IMG/VR virus record: IMGVR_UViG_2684623126_000004
Origin: a virus
Taxonomy: Duplodnaviria > Caudoviricetes
Reading direction: 5' to 3' (one strand)
Length of the DNA: 64,000 nucleotides
The notes beneath the pieces are model-generated. The model was not told the origin of the DNA. It did not search any database and saw nothing but the letters and a program-made list of their open reading frames with translations. The first letter of the stretch is position 1. Each line of letters starts with the position of its first letter. Positions 7,918 through 16,762 of this stretch are shown here, piece by piece. The position numbers and the translations under genes are program-made.

Positions 7918-9176
7918 GCTCCTTCGATCTTGTAGAACTCAAATTCCGCGTTCCTGGGGCCGCCCAGCTTCCATGCGCCGGAGAGCGTCAGGCGCGCGGG
8001 AGAGGTCGGCAGCAGGACGGGCTGCTGGTAGTTGCGGATTTTGAATTGACCGAAGCGCGGGTATTCGGTCATTTTCCGAGTGGTGAGCCGGTGCGAGCCG
8101 TCGAGGAGGAATGCGCCGATGTGCAGGCCGCTACCCACCGTCCAGCCGCCATCGAGGCGGCGCGTGTGGTGGTAGAGCTTCGTGGGTGGCGGCGGGGTGA
8201 CGTACTCGAACTCTTCCAGCGGTAGGGTTTCGACGCGCCAGGCCGGGGCCTCGGCGGTGATGGTCACGCGCTGCGCGCCAGTGACGCGGCAGTTGTGCAG
8301 GTGCCAGTTCGACTTCTGGCCGTACTTGTGGCCCAGCTTGAAGGTGCCGAACGGCTGCGGCAGGCGCGGGAGCTCGCCGTCGATGCCCAGCTTCCAGCGC
8401 CCGGATGGTTCATCGGTGATGACGCGCCCGCACCACGGGTAGCGCGCCAGCATGTCCTTCCGCATCCAGAACTTGTAGGACGCGAGGATGGTCAGCAGGA
8501 ACGATTCGTTCAGCCAGAAGCGGAATACCGGAACGAGGCGCGCCGGAATCACGTCCTTGATAATCTGGATGAGCTTGGCGACGGACTGGGTATCCACGTC
8601 GAAGCCCAGCGAGATCATGATGCGGCTGGTCAGGAACATGCCGCTCGTATCCACCACCCTGTCCTTGCGGCTTTCGTCAGCATCCTCGATGCGCCGGCCC
8701 AGGCCCCAGGTGCCGTCCAGCTTCAGGCCCGGCTCGCCGACCTGGTGCAGCCACCACGCGAAGCTCGGCTTCGAGGTGTAGAGCGCGGTGGGATACGGAT
8801 AGTCCTTGTCCTGCCAAAGCTGCTCAATCTCGCACTGGTTCGGGAAGAGCATTTGCAGGTAGGTCTTCAGGAAGTGCAGGCCGCGCCCCTGCACGTCGCC
8901 CGACTTCCATGCCCGATACAGGTAGCGCGTGGCCGCCTCTTCGCGGTCGCCTTGCAGCAGCACCAGGCCGTCGGTGTTGACGGCCTTGCGCACCAAGTCG
9001 AACGAACCCAGGTGCGCAGCGCCCGACACATTCACGTCGAAGACATCCGGGGCCAGCATGTCGTTGAAGAGGTCGAGGAAGAGCCGCTTCAGGTCATCTT
9101 CGACATCGTTTTCGGCATAGCTGTTTTCCAGCGGCAGCAGGCGCGGGAGCTGGGCATTCGAGAAGTCAAAGGACAT
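7914..9176 (-). CDS. Baseplate wedge/tail protein (position of P1 gp16)
   Basis: Follows baseplate J-like gene; RGLHFLKTYL and PARLVP motifs; repeated LDG(T/G/S)W motifs; start MSFDFS. Confidence 0.7.
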   Translation of the reverse strand: MSFDFSNAQLPRLLPLENSYAENDVEDDLKRLFLDLFNDMLAPDVFDVNVSGAAHLGSFDLVRKAVNTDGLVLLQGDREEAATRYLYRAWKSGDVQGRGLHFLKTYLQMLFPNQCEIEQLWQDKDYPYPTALYTSKPSFAWWLHQVGEPGLKLDGTWGLGRRIEDADESRKDRVVDTSGMFLTSRIMISLGFDVDTQSVAKLIQIIKDVIPARLVPVFRFWLNESFLLTILASYKFWMRKDMLARYPWCGRVITDEPSGRWKLGIDGELPRLPQPFGTFKLGHKYGQKSNWHLHNCRVTGAQRVTITAEAPAWRVETLPLEEFEYVTPPPPTKLYHHTRRLDGGWTVGSGLHIGAFLLDGSHRLTTRKMTEYPRFGQFKIRNYQQPVLLPTSPARLTLSGAWKLGGPRNAEFEFYKIEGA

Positions 9177-9181
9177 GGCGA

Positions 9182-10678
9182 TCACCCGCCCCAGGTGGGC
9201 GTGACGATGTTTGCCGTTTCGACGGTCACGGCCAGGCTGTCGGCGGACACGTAGCGCCACATTTCAGGGCGTGCGGCCAGAGACGGCGGTTCCACGATGT
9301 TCACGGTCAGGTCGGAATCGCCGCTTGCCAGCGCCGCCACCTTCTGGCGCAGCAGTTCATACACGCGCTTGTAGAGCGGGCGATTGCGCCCACGGCGCGA
9401 CGCGGCGGCGGCCTGGCCGAACTCGCCCAGCGCGGCCTCGATGATTTTCTGGCGCACGTCGGAAGCAACGTAGGACGTGCTCACGCGCGCGCTCACGGAC
9501 ATGGCGATCTTCGAGCGCACCGGCGTGAAGAAATAGACCCGGTAGCTGTTGTCGGCGGCCAGAATCGCGGCGCGAATGGTGCGCTGCGTCTCGGTCAGGT
9601 CATCCTCGGCGATTTTCACCGGCGCCACGGGCACAGCGGGATCCGATTCTTCGAGCACGGCTTCGCCGCCCTCTTCGGACAGGCAGGCCACGAACAGGGC
9701 GTTGATGTTGTCGAGGCTCGCGCCGCGCGCCTGCTCTTCCTCGGTTTCGTTCCAGATCGAGAGGAATTGCAGGTTCGGGAACTTCTTGCGTACCAGAAAC
9801 CCGAACTCGCCCAGGAACACCGCGTTGTCGTCATAGACCGACGGGTAGCGCGCGAGGTCGCGCAGCACCGACATGGGCATGGGGTTTTGGCCGGGCTGCA
9901 AGAGCGCGTCCATCTTGAGCTCCACGACGGCTTCCAGCGGCGAACCAAGGTACTCGAACGAGAACGGGCTGCCGAAGGCCGGGCTCACAGCGCCGTTGGT
10001 GTAGTAGGTGGTCAGGGTGATTTCGGCCCCGTCCGCCGGCTGCACGCCCACCACGCCGCTGAAGCCGAATCGGACATAGACCTGCTGGCGGTCGTCGGCT
10101 TCGACGTGGAACACGCGCTCGTCGGCCTCGGTATTCACATAGCGATTGCGGTAGGCGTACTCGCCCTGGGCGTCGCTCACGGCGATGGAGCACAGGAAGG
10201 CGTCGTCGTCCGCCGCCGGCACAGGCACGGCATAGAACGGCTCGCTGCCGGAAACCGTGTGCGTGATCGTCACGGCGCGAAGCTGGCTGGCCTCGAAGGT
10301 AGCCTCGCCGCCCGGTGGGATGGTGATGGGGGTTTCCGCGCGGTACAGCAGGCCGGACGAATCCAGCAGCGTGCGCGCCGATTCCACGGTGAAGTCCTCG
10401 GTTCCGCCGTTGATGGCGCGGATGCGCACGCGCGCCGGCGTGCCGCTACGGATGATGCCGCGCATGGCCGCGTCGGCAAGCACGGTCGAATCGCGCACCT
10501 TGTCGTAGGGTTCGGCCTGGGCGGTTTCCACTTGGGCGGAAAACATCGCCAGCATGGTCGCCATCGCGTCCAGGTGTTGCAGGGTGCGCGGGTCGCCCGC
10601 CTGGTACAGCGGCGCGATGGACTGGTAGTTGCCGATGGTGTCGGCGATTTTCTTCTGGAAGTCTGCCTTGGTGTACAT
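9182..10678 (-). CDS. Baseplate J-like wedge protein (P1 BplA-like)
   Basis: 498 aa; VYVRFG and LARYPSVYD segments; synteny. Confidence 0.75.
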   Translation of the reverse strand: MYTKADFQKKIADTIGNYQSIAPLYQAGDPRTLQHLDAMATMLAMFSAQVETAQAEPYDKVRDSTVLADAAMRGIIRSGTPARVRIRAINGGTEDFTVESARTLLDSSGLLYRAETPITIPPGGEATFEASQLRAVTITHTVSGSEPFYAVPVPAADDDAFLCSIAVSDAQGEYAYRNRYVNTEADERVFHVEADDRQQVYVRFGFSGVVGVQPADGAEITLTTYYTNGAVSPAFGSPFSFEYLGSPLEAVVELKMDALLQPGQNPMPMSVLRDLARYPSVYDDNAVFLGEFGFLVRKKFPNLQFLSIWNETEEEQARGASLDNINALFVACLSEEGGEAVLEESDPAVPVAPVKIAEDDLTETQRTIRAAILAADNSYRVYFFTPVRSKIAMSVSARVSTSYVASDVRQKIIEAALGEFGQAAAASRRGRNRPLYKRVYELLRQKVAALASGDSDLTVNIVEPPSLAARPEMWRYVSADSLAVTVETANIVTPTWGG

Positions 10679-10681
10679 ACT

Positions 10682-10972
10682 CTATGCCCCTGGCACTTGA
10701 ATTGCCACGCCGGCCACATCCACGAACAGATCAACCCTGTCCGGGGGTGTGCGCACGGCGTAGAGGTTCAGCGAACCGGGGGGAAGAGCCTGAAGCGCCG
10801 GGATGTCCTGGCGCATCTTTTCGAGGAAGGCTTCGGGCGCACCGTCAGCCTGCGGCAGTTGCAGCAGGGCCTTGGCGTCCTGGCCGTAGCCGGAGCCCAA
10901 ATAGCCCTCCACCGGCGTGTTCAGCCAGTGCCGCACCATTTCCTGAATGTCTTTTCCCGTGATCGTCGCCAT
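10682..10972 (-). CDS. Small baseplate protein, gp25/lysozyme-like fold (P1 PmgA-like)
   Basis: HWLNTPVEGYLGSGYG motif; ATG 6 nt after predicted -10. Confidence 0.7.
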   Translation of the reverse strand: MATITGKDIQEMVRHWLNTPVEGYLGSGYGQDAKALLQLPQADGAPEAFLEKMRQDIPALQALPPGSLNLYAVRTPPDRVDLFVDVAGVAIQVPGA

Positions 10973-10978
10973 ACCCAA

Positions 10979-11019
10979 AGTGTGCGGTGCTGGCAACTAC
11001 AGGAATCACGGTTTTTTCC
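10979..11019 (-). promoter_or_regulatory. Candidate late promoter GGAAAA-N29-CACACT
   Basis: Shares motif and spacing with other intergenic sites in the structural region. Confidence 0.6.
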
Positions 11020-11031
11020 GGGCCGGGCTCG

Positions 11032-13752
11032 CTATGCGCTCAATCCGCCCGTGGCGACGTGGGCGATACCCCGGTCGCGCACGTCCTGGCCCACGTCCGG
11101 CGACGGCATGGATACCTGGATGGGCTTGCCAGAATCGTTGGACGCCATCGGCACCGTCACCGGCGGGGCCTCGGGCACGGACGGCACGCTGGGCGCCGAC
11201 GGCACCACCGGCGCGCTGGCGCTTGCCACCACCGGCGCGGCGGGCGCAGCCACCGATGCGATGGACGGGCGCGCGGGCGCAGCGGGTGTCGCCGGAGCGC
11301 CATCTGGGCCGGCGAACGCCTTGGCGTAGATGTTGCCGGCGGCCAGGTCGTTCTTGTATTTCAGGGCCGACGTGCCGTTGGCGTCGGATGGGCCGGATTC
11401 GCCGCGCGCAGCCTGCGCCGCGCCGCCCTCGCCGGCGATGTGGCGGGCCTTCAGGATCCCGGCGATTTCGTCCTGGCTCATGCCCTCCTTGATGACGCCG
11501 CGCGCCAGCAGACGGGCGTAGGACTTGTCGGAGTTGGTCTTGAAGGCGGCGTCCTGGGCATCGGCGCTGCCCAGGTACTTGTCGTAGCTCATGCCGCCGT
11601 TCCAGTTGTCGGCGTTCTTCAGGAACTTCGACATGCCGCCGGCCTGGCCCCACTTATATTCGTTACTGAAGCCGTCGGCCTTCATGGCGGCCTGCACCGC
11701 CGAGCTGCCGCCCTTGATGAGGCCCGCATCCGCCAGCCAGCCTGCGCCGGCCTGGTAGCGGCCCATGTAACCGGCGGAATTCACCACGTCGAGCTTGCCG
11801 CCGGCGCTTTCGGTTGCGGCGGTGGAAGCCACCAGCGCGCGCGTGTGGGCGTCGTCCAGCCCGGCGATGTTGCCCTGCTTGTAGTCGGCTCCGGTTTCCA
11901 TCGCGCGCCGCGCCGCGATGCGGTCTTTCAGGCCCTGCGGCACCATGCTGGCGGCGAAGTCCTTGGTGCCGCTCCACGCGCTGCCGGCGGCGTTCTTCGT
12001 AGCGTTCCATGCGGTACTCGCGCCGGACTGGACAGCATCGGCAGCCTTGCCACCCAGTTCGACGGCACCATCCTTCACCGCGCCTGCCACCTCGGCGATC
12101 TTGCGCGCGCCAGCCTCGGCGGCCTTGATGGCTGGGCCGATACCGGGCAGGGACTTCAGCCCTTCGTAGGCCGACGCGAACGCGCCGGACACGGATTCCC
12201 AGCCAGCCTTCGCGGTATCGACGAAGCCGCCCCAGGCTTTCTTGATGGTGTCGCCCACGGCGGCGAACGCAGTCATGGTGGCGTCCCAGCCCTTTTGCAA
12301 GGAGCCCACCACCGAATCCCAGCCGGACTTCACCCAGTCGAAGGTGCCCAGCGCCGTGACTTTGACCTCGTTCCAGGCGTTGCCGATCATGCTGGGGATG
12401 TCGGCGGCGCGCAGGTCATTGACCCAGCCGCCTACGGTGTCCCCGAGAATCTTCCCGGCGTCGTCGCCCAGGAACATGCCCACGGCGCCGCCGATAGCGC
12501 CGCCAATGGCCGTGCCGATACCGGGGAAGATTAGCGTGCCCAGCGCCGCGCCGCCAGCCGCACCAGCGGCCATGCCAGCCATCGAGCCGGCGAACCCGCC
12601 GACGGCAGCCCCGGTCTTCTTGTCCTTCTCGCGCCGTGACAGGGTGTCATCGGATTCCGACGAATACACGTCCGCTGCTGCGCCCGCGCCGGCCAGCAGT
12701 GCCCCCAGAATCGGGACGCGCTTCAGCAGCCCGCCCATCTTGGAGAGCGCGCCGCCCTCCTTCAGCAGGCCGCCGGCCTTGCCCAGAAGACCGGCTTCTT
12801 TCGCGGCTCCACTGGCTGCGGCAGCTTCTTTGCCCCCGAAGCCCAGCAGGCGGCCCGCGCCCTTGAGCAAGCCACCGCCTGCACCCAGCAGGCCACCCAC
12901 AACCGGGATGCGCGTCAGCACGCGGCCAAGGCCGCCGAACAGGCCGCCCAGAAGGCCAGACCCACCCTTCGCGCCGTCGTCCGGTTTTTCCTCGATGTTC
13001 TTCAGGCTCTTGTTGGCCGCCTTGTTGAAGGTCGTCTCGTCCTTGCGGAAGCCGGTCAGCGAAGTCCAGATGCGGCGCAACCAGCCTTCCTGCCGCTTCT
13101 CGCGGCTGCCGCCGGTCAGCAGTTCGTAGCCGCGCGCCATCGGGCGCGCCACCTCGTTCATGGCCTTTACGGCGGGGTCGGCTTCCTCCATGCCGCTGCC
13201 GGATTCCCTGATGGCCCCAGCGATGCGGTCGGCGACGCCGCGCAGCGCGCCGGTTTCTTCTCCGTCTCCGCCACCACCGCCGCCACCATTTCCACCCCCA
13301 GAACCGGGCGCACCAGAGCCGCTGCGCCCATCGCCACGCACGAAGCGCCCGCGCCCGTCGCGCGATACCGGCTTGGCGATGGCGCGCTGCGTGGCCTGGC
13401 TGGCCGCGCGCACGGCGGCCACCGCCTGCCCGGCAACCTCTACGGCCTGGGCATCGCGGCGGATTGCGCTGGCGCTGGCCCCGCCGGTCTGCGGCGTGGC
13501 GGTCTTGCGCAGCAGCGCCGGGATCTGGCTGGAACTGCGGGGAGTGCTCGGGGCGGGCGCCATCGGGCGCGCCACCTCGTTGCCGGTCTTGTCGGCGCGG
13601 CCAGGCCGTGCAGGCCCGCCGGATGCGCCGCTGGTCAGCGCGCGCCGGATAGCGCGCACGTCGTCGTGGATGTCGTCCCAGACCTTGAGTGCGCGCCCGA
13701 TGTCGATGGGGTCGCCGGTCAGGAAGCCTTGTGCGTCGTGCTTGAGCGCCAT
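11032..13752 (-). CDS. Tape measure protein with lysozyme/transglycosylase-like domain (P1 Sit-like)
   Basis: Gly/Ala-rich, hydrophobic GxxxG stretches, Trp-spaced repeats, TESAGG...NSAGYMGRYQ muralytic motif. Confidence 0.85.
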   Translation of the reverse strand: MALKHDAQGFLTGDPIDIGRALKVWDDIHDDVRAIRRALTSGASGGPARPGRADKTGNEVARPMAPAPSTPRSSSQIPALLRKTATPQTGGASASAIRRDAQAVEVAGQAVAAVRAASQATQRAIAKPVSRDGRGRFVRGDGRSGSGAPGSGGGNGGGGGGGDGEETGALRGVADRIAGAIRESGSGMEEADPAVKAMNEVARPMARGYELLTGGSREKRQEGWLRRIWTSLTGFRKDETTFNKAANKSLKNIEEKPDDGAKGGSGLLGGLFGGLGRVLTRIPVVGGLLGAGGGLLKGAGRLLGFGGKEAAAASGAAKEAGLLGKAGGLLKEGGALSKMGGLLKRVPILGALLAGAGAAADVYSSESDDTLSRREKDKKTGAAVGGFAGSMAGMAAGAAGGAALGTLIFPGIGTAIGGAIGGAVGMFLGDDAGKILGDTVGGWVNDLRAADIPSMIGNAWNEVKVTALGTFDWVKSGWDSVVGSLQKGWDATMTAFAAVGDTIKKAWGGFVDTAKAGWESVSGAFASAYEGLKSLPGIGPAIKAAEAGARKIAEVAGAVKDGAVELGGKAADAVQSGASTAWNATKNAAGSAWSGTKDFAASMVPQGLKDRIAARRAMETGADYKQGNIAGLDDAHTRALVASTAATESAGGKLDVVNSAGYMGRYQAGAGWLADAGLIKGGSSAVQAAMKADGFSNEYKWGQAGGMSKFLKNADNWNGGMSYDKYLGSADAQDAAFKTNSDKSYARLLARGVIKEGMSQDEIAGILKARHIAGEGGAAQAARGESGPSDANGTSALKYKNDLAAGNIYAKAFAGPDGAPATPAAPARPSIASVAAPAAPVVASASAPVVPSAPSVPSVPEAPPVTVPMASNDSGKPIQVSMPSPDVGQDVRDRGIAHVATGGLSA

Positions 13753-13753
13753 G

Positions 13754-14659
13754 CTACGGTCTCATAAAGGTGTCGAGTTGGGAGAAGGACATCTGCACCT
13801 CTTCCAGCCCGTCCTCGCGGCGGGACAGGCTCAATGCCATGTTGGCCGGACGGAACATGCCGATGTCCTCATATCCGCCCCGGTTGCTGCCACGGGTGAT
13901 GAAGGCATGGACTACCTTGATGGTGATGGCGTAGCTGTCCGGCACGCCTACCGTGCCGTCGCGCGGGGCCGCCGCGCCGTGGTGCGCCGCAAACCACCGC
14001 TTGAGCGTGCCTTGCTGGTCGTCGATGGTCGTCAGGCGCAGTTCCACCGGCTCCGCGCCCTGCACGGCGTCGATGACGGCACCGCCGACGCGGCGCTTCT
14101 CGCCGGCGATGATGAAAGGCTCGTATTCGACCTCGGTTGCGAAAAGGTTGAACCGCTGCGACATATCGCCGTTGAGGCGGCTCGAAACCTCGATCAGCCA
14201 GAGGTTCTTCTTCGCCAGTTTCTGGCCGCGCATGTCGTCGTAGATGTTGCGCGCCTCGGTCGGGCTGATGCCGCCGAACAACGGCGTGGGCGAGCCCCAA
14301 TACATGGTCTGCGAGGCAACGCCGCCCATACCAGGCAGTAGATCGTTCAGCAGGCCGGAATCCAGCAGGCGCATCCCGGCGTCTTCCCAGTTGCCTTGCA
14401 GGACATCGCCCAGGGCACCACCGCCCACGTTAATAATGCGCTGGGCCTGAAGTGGCACGTACTTATTGACCAGGTTCATGGCGGCATTCGACGCCATGCT
14501 CTGGCCCATGCTGGTTACGGTCTTCGCCAACTTGCCGCCGCCCAGGGCATCGGACGCCGCGCTGCCGGCGCTGCCCAGCACGGAGTTCAGGCCCGACTTG
14601 ATTGAACCGAACAGGCCGTTACTGGAAAGGCTCTCCGCGATGTTGTTGTAGAGGGACAT
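13754..14659 (-). CDS. Tail tube initiator/hub-associated protein (P1 PmgB position)
   Basis: Directly upstream of tape measure; C-terminal beta-rich tube-like region. Confidence 0.6.
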   Translation of the reverse strand: MSLYNNIAESLSSNGLFGSIKSGLNSVLGSAGSAASDALGGGKLAKTVTSMGQSMASNAAMNLVNKYVPLQAQRIINVGGGALGDVLQGNWEDAGMRLLDSGLLNDLLPGMGGVASQTMYWGSPTPLFGGISPTEARNIYDDMRGQKLAKKNLWLIEVSSRLNGDMSQRFNLFATEVEYEPFIIAGEKRRVGGAVIDAVQGAEPVELRLTTIDDQQGTLKRWFAAHHGAAAPRDGTVGVPDSYAITIKVVHAFITRGSNRGGYEDIGMFRPANMALSLSRREDGLEEVQMSFSQLDTFMRP

Positions 14660-14662
14660 GGG

Positions 14663-16237
14663 TTAGCCCCTCATGCCACCGAACCCGCCGCCCATGCCGC
14701 CATCGTCCTCGGGCGGTTTAGCATCGACGACGCTGGCGTAGAGCTTGGCCTGGTCTTCGTCAAGCATCATGGTCTTCACGAGGAATTCGGTCATCACCTC
14801 CTTGCTCGCGCCCAGCTCCTTCATCATCTGCATGGCCTGGGCCAGCAGCATCCCCGCGTTCATCGAATCAGAGCGCGTGCGCTGCTTCTCGGCTTCCAGG
14901 GCCGAAATAGACCCGAAGAAGTTGATCGTCCAGGGGCGCTCCTTGGGGTCGAACACCACGCCGTAGCGGCGCATGGTGTGGATGTCGATGACGTGGTTGA
15001 AGAAGTCGGACAGCGCCACGCGGATGATGCGCGCGCGCTCGGCGGCCTGCGCGGACACGCGGAAGAAGCCGCCCTCGCCAAGCCCGCCGGAAAGCTGATC
15101 AGCGAAACCCAGCATGGACAAATCGACGCCCAGCGCGCCGGCCAGCATCCGGGCGTGCAGCATCACGTCCTCGATGCTGATGGTCGCAGCGCGGCCAGGT
15201 GCGCCGCCGTTCGCCGGCCCCACTGTGGAAAGCTGCTTTTCGTTGAAAACCGGGATGATGTGGCGGATCCGCTCCATGACCGGGCGGCCAGTTTTCACGG
15301 CCTGCTCGGCGTAGGCTTTCGACGCCATGAGCATAGCCTTGACCGATTCGACGAACCGCTGTTGCTGATCGAGGTTCATGGATTCCAGATTGACCGCCAC
15401 CATCTGCTCGTCAATCGAATCCATCCACCTCTGCCCGACCAAGCCCAGCAGGGATGCCGTGAGATTGTCGTAAGGCCCTTCGGCGCTGTAGAGCAGAGAG
15501 CCGCCGACCATGCTTGGCATGATGGGCAGGCTGTCGATGTCGTCCTCGGAGATTGCCAGGCGCACCGCCTTTTCGACGACACCGTACTGCGGCACCCACT
15601 GGACGCGCGGCATCTTCAAGCGGGCCATCTGCGAAACGTCAAGCCGCTCGAAGCCTCGCTCGCCGGTATAGACGGCGAAACCCACCGTGCGGCTGCCGCG
15701 CTCGAATGGCTGCACCATCGGTGGGCGGATGGTTTCGTCCATGTGGATGTCCACCACGCCGCGCGAGTTCGTGTAGAGGCGCGCGTAGGAATCCCCGAAT
15801 GCGCCGCCGATGTAAGCCGCCTGAAAGGCCGTCTTGTTGAAGAGCGGCGCCAGCTCGGCGGCGATGTCATCGACGATGGCGGAAAGACGCTTGTCCTTCT
15901 TCGTCTCGGACTTCTTTTCGACGAAAACGAGGTCGCCATTGGTTTCGTGCCCACCAAGGGCCGAAGTGACCAGCAGCATGAGAGCCGTCGAAATGATGGG
16001 GTCGCCCTCCATCATCGACCACTTTTCGTAGATGATTTGCCGCGCCCGCGCCCCCTTGCTGCCGGAACCCAGAAGCGATGCAATGGTGGTCGTTCCGGCC
16101 CCGTACATGAAGGCATCGGAAGCCGTGATTTGCTGCGCCGGCGCGATGTGCGACGATGCCCACCGCTTGCGGGACAGGCCAAGCCGGGCCAGGAAGCCGG
16201 GCTTGGGCGGAACGGGGGTGTTGGAAATATCGGCCAT
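14663..16237 (-). CDS. Portal protein (P1 Prt-like)
   Basis: 524 aa; MEGDPIISTAL, FGDSYARLY, LAGALGVDLSMLG, GGLGEGGF segments. Confidence 0.8.
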   Translation of the reverse strand: MADISNTPVPPKPGFLARLGLSRKRWASSHIAPAQQITASDAFMYGAGTTTIASLLGSGSKGARARQIIYEKWSMMEGDPIISTALMLLVTSALGGHETNGDLVFVEKKSETKKDKRLSAIVDDIAAELAPLFNKTAFQAAYIGGAFGDSYARLYTNSRGVVDIHMDETIRPPMVQPFERGSRTVGFAVYTGERGFERLDVSQMARLKMPRVQWVPQYGVVEKAVRLAISEDDIDSLPIMPSMVGGSLLYSAEGPYDNLTASLLGLVGQRWMDSIDEQMVAVNLESMNLDQQQRFVESVKAMLMASKAYAEQAVKTGRPVMERIRHIIPVFNEKQLSTVGPANGGAPGRAATISIEDVMLHARMLAGALGVDLSMLGFADQLSGGLGEGGFFRVSAQAAERARIIRVALSDFFNHVIDIHTMRRYGVVFDPKERPWTINFFGSISALEAEKQRTRSDSMNAGMLLAQAMQMMKELGASKEVMTEFLVKTMMLDEDQAKLYASVVDAKPPEDDGGMGGGFGGMRG

Positions 16238-16243
16238 ACGGCA

Positions 16244-16284
16244 AGGGTAGGATGCCCCGCCGTGCCACTATCGGCCCGTTTTCC
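16244..16284 (-). promoter_or_regulatory. Candidate late promoter GGAAAA-N29-TACCCT, leaderless portal mRNA
   Basis: -10 followed by 6 nt then ATG; no SD. Confidence 0.7.
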
Positions 16285-16337
16285 GCCTCACGATAAAGGA
16301 CGCGCAATGGCGGGCAACCGCCGCGCCATGAGAAGGG

Positions 16338-16751
16338 TTACTGCGTCGGAAACTCCATGTCCTTGTCGAACAGGGTGTAGAAGTCCGGGCTGTTGGCGTC
16401 GAGCAGGAATTGGTTGCTGTAGATGATGTTCGACGCCAGGTAGGCCGTGCGGAACTCGTCGGCCATGATGAGGGTTTCCTCGCCGCTTTCGCCCTGGTAG
16501 GCCCGCTTGATGAGCGGGTCGCTCTGGTCGCCCAGCTCGAACCCGCCCGCCTTCAGCTCGTCCTTCAGCGCCCACCAGTACGGGCCATAGTCACGGTAGC
16601 GGCGCGGGTCTTTCTGCAACCGCTCCGCCACCACGCTCAGCCCGAAGCCCAGAAGGTTCGAGAAACCCCGGTTCGCGCGCAGTCCAGCCGCGCGCTCCGT
16701 CACCAGAGCCTTGATGGTGTCCTTGTCGAACTTGTATTCGGTGTAGGCCAT
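16338..16751 (-). CDS. ulx: Ulx-like antirestriction accessory protein
   Basis: PRRYRDYGPYW resembles recalled P1 Ulx motif; adjacent to darB as in P1. Confidence 0.65.
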   Translation of the reverse strand: MAYTEYKFDKDTIKALVTERAAGLRANRGFSNLLGFGLSVVAERLQKDPRRYRDYGPYWWALKDELKAGGFELGDQSDPLIKRAYQGESGEETLIMADEFRTAYLASNIIYSNQFLLDANSPDFYTLFDKDMEFPTQ

Positions 16752-16762
16752 GATGTTTCCCT